Assembly: GCA_964508765.1 (NCBI GenBank)
Contig: CAZDVD010000005.1
Coordinates: 32,357 to 96,356 of the forward strand
Reading direction: 5' to 3'
Source: an uncultured Lentisphaeria bacterium
GTDB taxonomy: Bacteria > Fidelibacterota > UBA8477 > JABMPR01
Length of the DNA stretch: 64,000 bases
Below the pieces are notes generated by a model that saw only the letters and a list, made by a program, of their open reading frames with translations, was not told the DNA's origin and made no database searches. The position numbers were made by a program, and so were the translations under genes. Shown piece after piece: positions 60,760 to 64,000 of this stretch. Position 1 is the first letter of the stretch. Each line of letters begins with the position of its first letter.

Positions 60760-62001
60760 TTAATCCCGGGAATTATCCAGATAGGTTTCCATATCCGCTA
60801 GCGTTGCGTTAACTGCTTCCACAGGCCTGAGAAGTTTCTGAGCATTTTCTGTATCTTTGAGTCCAGATCCTGTGATGAGCACAACGATGTGATCACTGCC
60901 TTTAAATAGTCCTGAATCGGATGCTTGCAAGAAACCGGCATAGGCTGCCGCTGCAGCAGGTTCGGCAAAAATTCCAGTTGTTTCAGAGAGGTGCTTTTGA
61001 GCTTTCAGAATATTGGCATCACTTACTTTGAAACCCCTGCCACCGCTTTCAATAATGGCTCGCCTGGCCTTGCCGCCATCGCGGGGTTGGTCCACACTGA
61101 TACTGTCGGCAATGGTATTCGCTTTTACCGCCTGGATCTTCCCTTCATGTGAAAGACTGTCAACGATGGCTGCTGAACCCTGGGCTTGAACCCCATGTAT
61201 GGCAGGCATAAAATCAATCCATTTGAGCGAGAGTAGATCGAAGAAGCCTTTATATACACCTGAGATGATGCAGCCATCACCCACGGGAACGAATATATGA
61301 TCCGGAACTTTCCAGTTGTTTTCCTCAGCTATTTCCAGGGCAACGGTCTTCTTCCCCTCAGCCAGAATGGGGTTTATGCCAGTATTGCGGCAATAACTCT
61401 GATGCTTTTGGGCCCACTCAAAAGCCAGATCAAAGGCGGTATCGTAATTGGCATTCACTGGAACCAGTTGAGCACCATGCTGGAGGATTTGAGTCAGTTT
61501 TGCCGGAGGGGCCGTGGCCGGGGCAAGGATGATGCTCTTTATCCCATGATAAGCAGAAAGGGCTGCCAGAGAAGAGCCTGCATTCCCAGTAGAAGCAGCA
61601 ATAATCGTATCTTGACCTTGCTCTACAGCATGTTGTATTGCCAGCTCACTGGCTCTATCCTTTAATGACCCTGAAGGGTTGCGAGTGTCATCTTTGATTT
61701 GAAAACGGGTGAGCCCATGCTCGCTTGCGATTCTGGGAAACTCCACCATTGGAGTTCCACCGACTCGCAAAGATTTGTTTTCAGGAGCTGCCTTCACCGG
61801 GAGAATGGGAAGGTAACGCCACATGGAAGCATCATGGTCCTTATTCAAAGATAAGGGTCCACAGGTAGCAGCTATTTTGTTGTAGTCATATACAAAATCA
61901 AGATTCTGGCCGCATTTTGGACAGGTATATGAGAACGGATCAGCTGGTACCATCCACTTGCACTGGAAACATTGTAAACCAAGAATCGCTTCAGAAATCA
62001 A
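60760..62001 (-). CDS. threonine synthase-like PLP enzyme with N-terminal Zn ribbon
   Basis: CFQC...CPKC, NPSGSLKDR, ASTGNAG, EGKKT, VPVGDG, ITGSGLKD. Confidence 0.85.
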   Translation of the reverse strand: MISEAILGLQCFQCKWMVPADPFSYTCPKCGQNLDFVYDYNKIAATCGPLSLNKDHDASMWRYLPILPVKAAPENKSLRVGGTPMVEFPRIASEHGLTRFQIKDDTRNPSGSLKDRASELAIQHAVEQGQDTIIAASTGNAGSSLAALSAYHGIKSIILAPATAPPAKLTQILQHGAQLVPVNANYDTAFDLAFEWAQKHQSYCRNTGINPILAEGKKTVALEIAEENNWKVPDHIFVPVGDGCIISGVYKGFFDLLSLKWIDFMPAIHGVQAQGSAAIVDSLSHEGKIQAVKANTIADSISVDQPRDGGKARRAIIESGGRGFKVSDANILKAQKHLSETTGIFAEPAAAAAYAGFLQASDSGLFKGSDHIVVLITGSGLKDTENAQKLLRPVEAVNATLADMETYLDNSRD

Positions 62002-62038
62002 AAGGTGCTCCTCAGATTGGTTAATGTAACCCTATCAA

Positions 62039-62159
62039 TTACCTCGGGCTTCAGCCTGGGGCTTAAGACATTAAGAAAAGCGGACTTTAGTCCTGACCTA
62101 GGGTTAAAACCCCTGTTTCCTAGAACAATGCTTTGCCCCCGCGCTAAAGCACAGGGTAA
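62039..62159. repeat. four-hairpin REP-like element of the GCT(T/A)(C/A)AGC class
   Basis: Outer arms TTACCTCGGGCTTCAGCCTGGGG / CCCCGCGCTAAAGCACAGGGTAA, inner GGACTTTAGTCC and GGGTTAAAACCC. Confidence 0.7.
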
Positions 62160-62184
62160 GTATTCACATATAAGTAAACAACGC

Positions 62185-63648
62185 TTAGACATACTTTTTT
62201 AACAAGCCCGTCTCAGCATTAAAAGCTTCAATTTTCTCATCCCACTCATCCGCCAGATGAAATTTGGATGTCCAGTAACTATCATCATACCATTGGGCGT
62301 CCAGCTCTTCGACGGTTTTACCCTGCTGTTCAACCCAGGTAAAATATTTCAGGTTGTGCATGCGTCTTTTGTCGCGATAATTGAGCTCAAGCACACCTTC
62401 ATCATTCAGTCCCAGCAAATAGCGCTCGAAATCCACATGAGCTCGAATCTCGCTATAACTACCAAGCTCCTGGTTCAGTTCTGTTAGTCGCGATTGATAC
62501 ATTTCCATTGAATCTGTTGCCACGGTGAAGACTACATCATGCTCATTGTATTCATAATATTTAGCCATTTTAATGGCACCGGCAATATTGGCAATACTCG
62601 AAATGCCAAAATATTCCATTTTCCCAATGAGCTCAGGATCAATACCCTGGGCTTTTAGCATGTTATGACCCACAGGTTCATTGAAAAGACGGATCAAGTT
62701 CATGGAGATGTTGTCATCAATACCAATAACCATATCCATGTTTTTCATATTATGAATCCAGGGGACATGTTTATCGCCAATACCCTCAATACGATGAGCT
62801 CCATATCCATTCTGGAGGAGGGTCGGTACCTGTAGTGCTTCACCAGCGGCTACGCACAATTGAGGATATTTTTTCCGAAGATAATCAGCTGATCCCAGGG
62901 TTCCAGCTGATCCTTGAGTAAGGAATAAACCACTAAATCTATGTTGCTCTTCAGTGATCTGTTTAAAAACTTTTTCCATAGCGCTTCCCGTGACTGCATA
63001 GTGCCACAGGGCATTACCAATTTCATCGAACTGATTCAAGGTAACAATCTCATCACCGCGTTCGGCTTCAAGTTCTCTTACCTTATCATAAATTTCTTTG
63101 ACGTTGGCCTCTCCACCCTCAGTGCGGATGATTTCAGCACCAACTTTTTCCAACCAGTCATAGCGTTCCTGCGACATTTCTTCTGGAAGTACTGCAATGG
63201 ATGGACAGCCCAGCAGATAGCCATCGTAAGCACCACCCCGGCAATAATTACCTGTGGAGGGCCAGAGGGCCTTTTGACGGGTTGGATCAAATTGTCCTGA
63301 GATTAATTTCTCAACGAGGGGACCAAAGGTAGCACCAACTTTATGGGCACCTGTGGGGAAGAATTTACCGATAAGCACAATGATGCGAGCTTTGACCCCA
63401 GTTAGTTCTGGAGGTAGTTCGATATAATTGACATCACCAAAACCGCCGCCAGTATGAACGGGCTCGTTTTGCCAGGTTAATCGAAAAAGATTACGTGGAT
63501 TGAGATCCCATAACCCGATGGTGGAAAGTTCTCGCTTAATACCTTCCGGAATCAAATCAGGGTCAGCCATCTGTTTATATGTAGGTAAAATGATATCTTT
63601 TTCTTTGCAGCGTTGTATCGTGTTTTTAAGGATTTGCTCTGTATTCAT
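62185..63648 (-). CDS. fold-type II PLP-dependent enzyme (cysteine synthase / TrpB superfamily), function unknown
   Basis: FPTGAHKVGA (PLP Lys), WPSTGNYCRGG, GSAGTLG, HRIEGIGDKHVPW. Confidence 0.82.
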   Translation of the reverse strand: MNTEQILKNTIQRCKEKDIILPTYKQMADPDLIPEGIKRELSTIGLWDLNPRNLFRLTWQNEPVHTGGGFGDVNYIELPPELTGVKARIIVLIGKFFPTGAHKVGATFGPLVEKLISGQFDPTRQKALWPSTGNYCRGGAYDGYLLGCPSIAVLPEEMSQERYDWLEKVGAEIIRTEGGEANVKEIYDKVRELEAERGDEIVTLNQFDEIGNALWHYAVTGSAMEKVFKQITEEQHRFSGLFLTQGSAGTLGSADYLRKKYPQLCVAAGEALQVPTLLQNGYGAHRIEGIGDKHVPWIHNMKNMDMVIGIDDNISMNLIRLFNEPVGHNMLKAQGIDPELIGKMEYFGISSIANIAGAIKMAKYYEYNEHDVVFTVATDSMEMYQSRLTELNQELGSYSEIRAHVDFERYLLGLNDEGVLELNYRDKRRMHNLKYFTWVEQQGKTVEELDAQWYDDSYWTSKFHLADEWDEKIEAFNAETGLLKKYV

Positions 63649-63669
63649 TCTTTGTTTCCTTTGGTGTTT

Positions 63670-63775
63670 ACAACAAACTTGACGAAGTACACGAAATGCT
63701 AGCTTGAGTTTTATCGTACATCTTCAAAGATTCGTTCCATTCGTTCTCTTCGTTCTCTTCGTTTTCTTCGTTGTT
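63670..63775. repeat. 9-bp periodic inverted repeat array, no enclosed gene
   Basis: TTCGTTnnn x5 at 63731-63775 facing nnACGAA-like x3 at 63670-63695. Confidence 0.7.
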
Positions 63776-63789
63776 AAAAAAATAAATCA

Positions 63790-64000
63790 TCAATTGTTAA
63801 GTTTATCTAGTTCTGCCATGGGATCTTTCAAACCCGTCAAAAACATCATTGATGCGATGATAAAGGGTTTATAACTGGCTTCCATATAGGTGTCTCTTCT
63901 GTATTTATCAAAAACGGATGCGCTAACTTCCCCCTGCTTGCAGCTTACTCCGGTGATATCTGCAGGTAGACAATGCATATATAATGCCTTGCCATCTCTG
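63790..64000 (-). CDS. ygeW: YgeW-like knotted carbamoyltransferase, C-terminal fragment (runs off window)
   Basis: ALYMHCLPADITGVSCKQGEV...SYKPFIIASM. Confidence 0.85.
   Translation of the reverse strand, partial: RDGKALYMHCLPADITGVSCKQGEVSASVFDKYRRDTYMEASYKPFIIASMMFLTGLKDPMAELDKLNN

Noticed and set aside
61998-62202. Two 64-65 aa ORFs on opposite strands
   Set aside because: Both are read-throughs of the palindromic REP element at 62039-62159.

Overview
Bacterial chromosomal window, roughly mid-40s % GC by eye. The host is probably an FCB-group organism (Marinimicrobia-like); this is inferred from two secreted proteins with 'FPNPFN...KVLLLK' C-terminal sorting domains. Layout: (1) 1-28.7 kb, an amino-acid biosynthesis supercluster: ilvC end-leuBACD-cimA-ilvE-aspartokinase-thrBC, divergent cysE-cysK-proC, a gammaproteobacterial-style hisGDC(NB)HAF(IE) operon with a His-leader attenuator, asnB, a heterodimeric ABC exporter, and type II glutamine synthetase with an Lrp regulator. 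(2) A secreted thioredoxin-fold protein split by an in-frame UGA in a UxxC motif, followed by a SECIS-like hairpin (probable selenoprotein). (3) A pta-ackA-ACP-GntR-DUF4954-nagB operon with a HutC/NagR-type operator inside its promoter and no nagA. (4) HAD hydrolase, AlkD, an aminopeptidase pseudogene, a ClC protein, dinB, cytochrome bd with an unannotated 30-aa membrane peptide, tag, and a secreted NlpC/P60-like protein. (5) An anaerobic purine-degradation/molybdenum hydroxylase cluster (xdh subunits, ygfK, ygeW) interrupted by a REP-associated tyrosine transposase and by a GxxExxY nuclease gene flanked by helically phased inverted repeats. Several REP-like families occupy the intergenic spaces. 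No rRNA, tRNA or CRISPR array was seen. All calls come from reading motifs; no database search was run.
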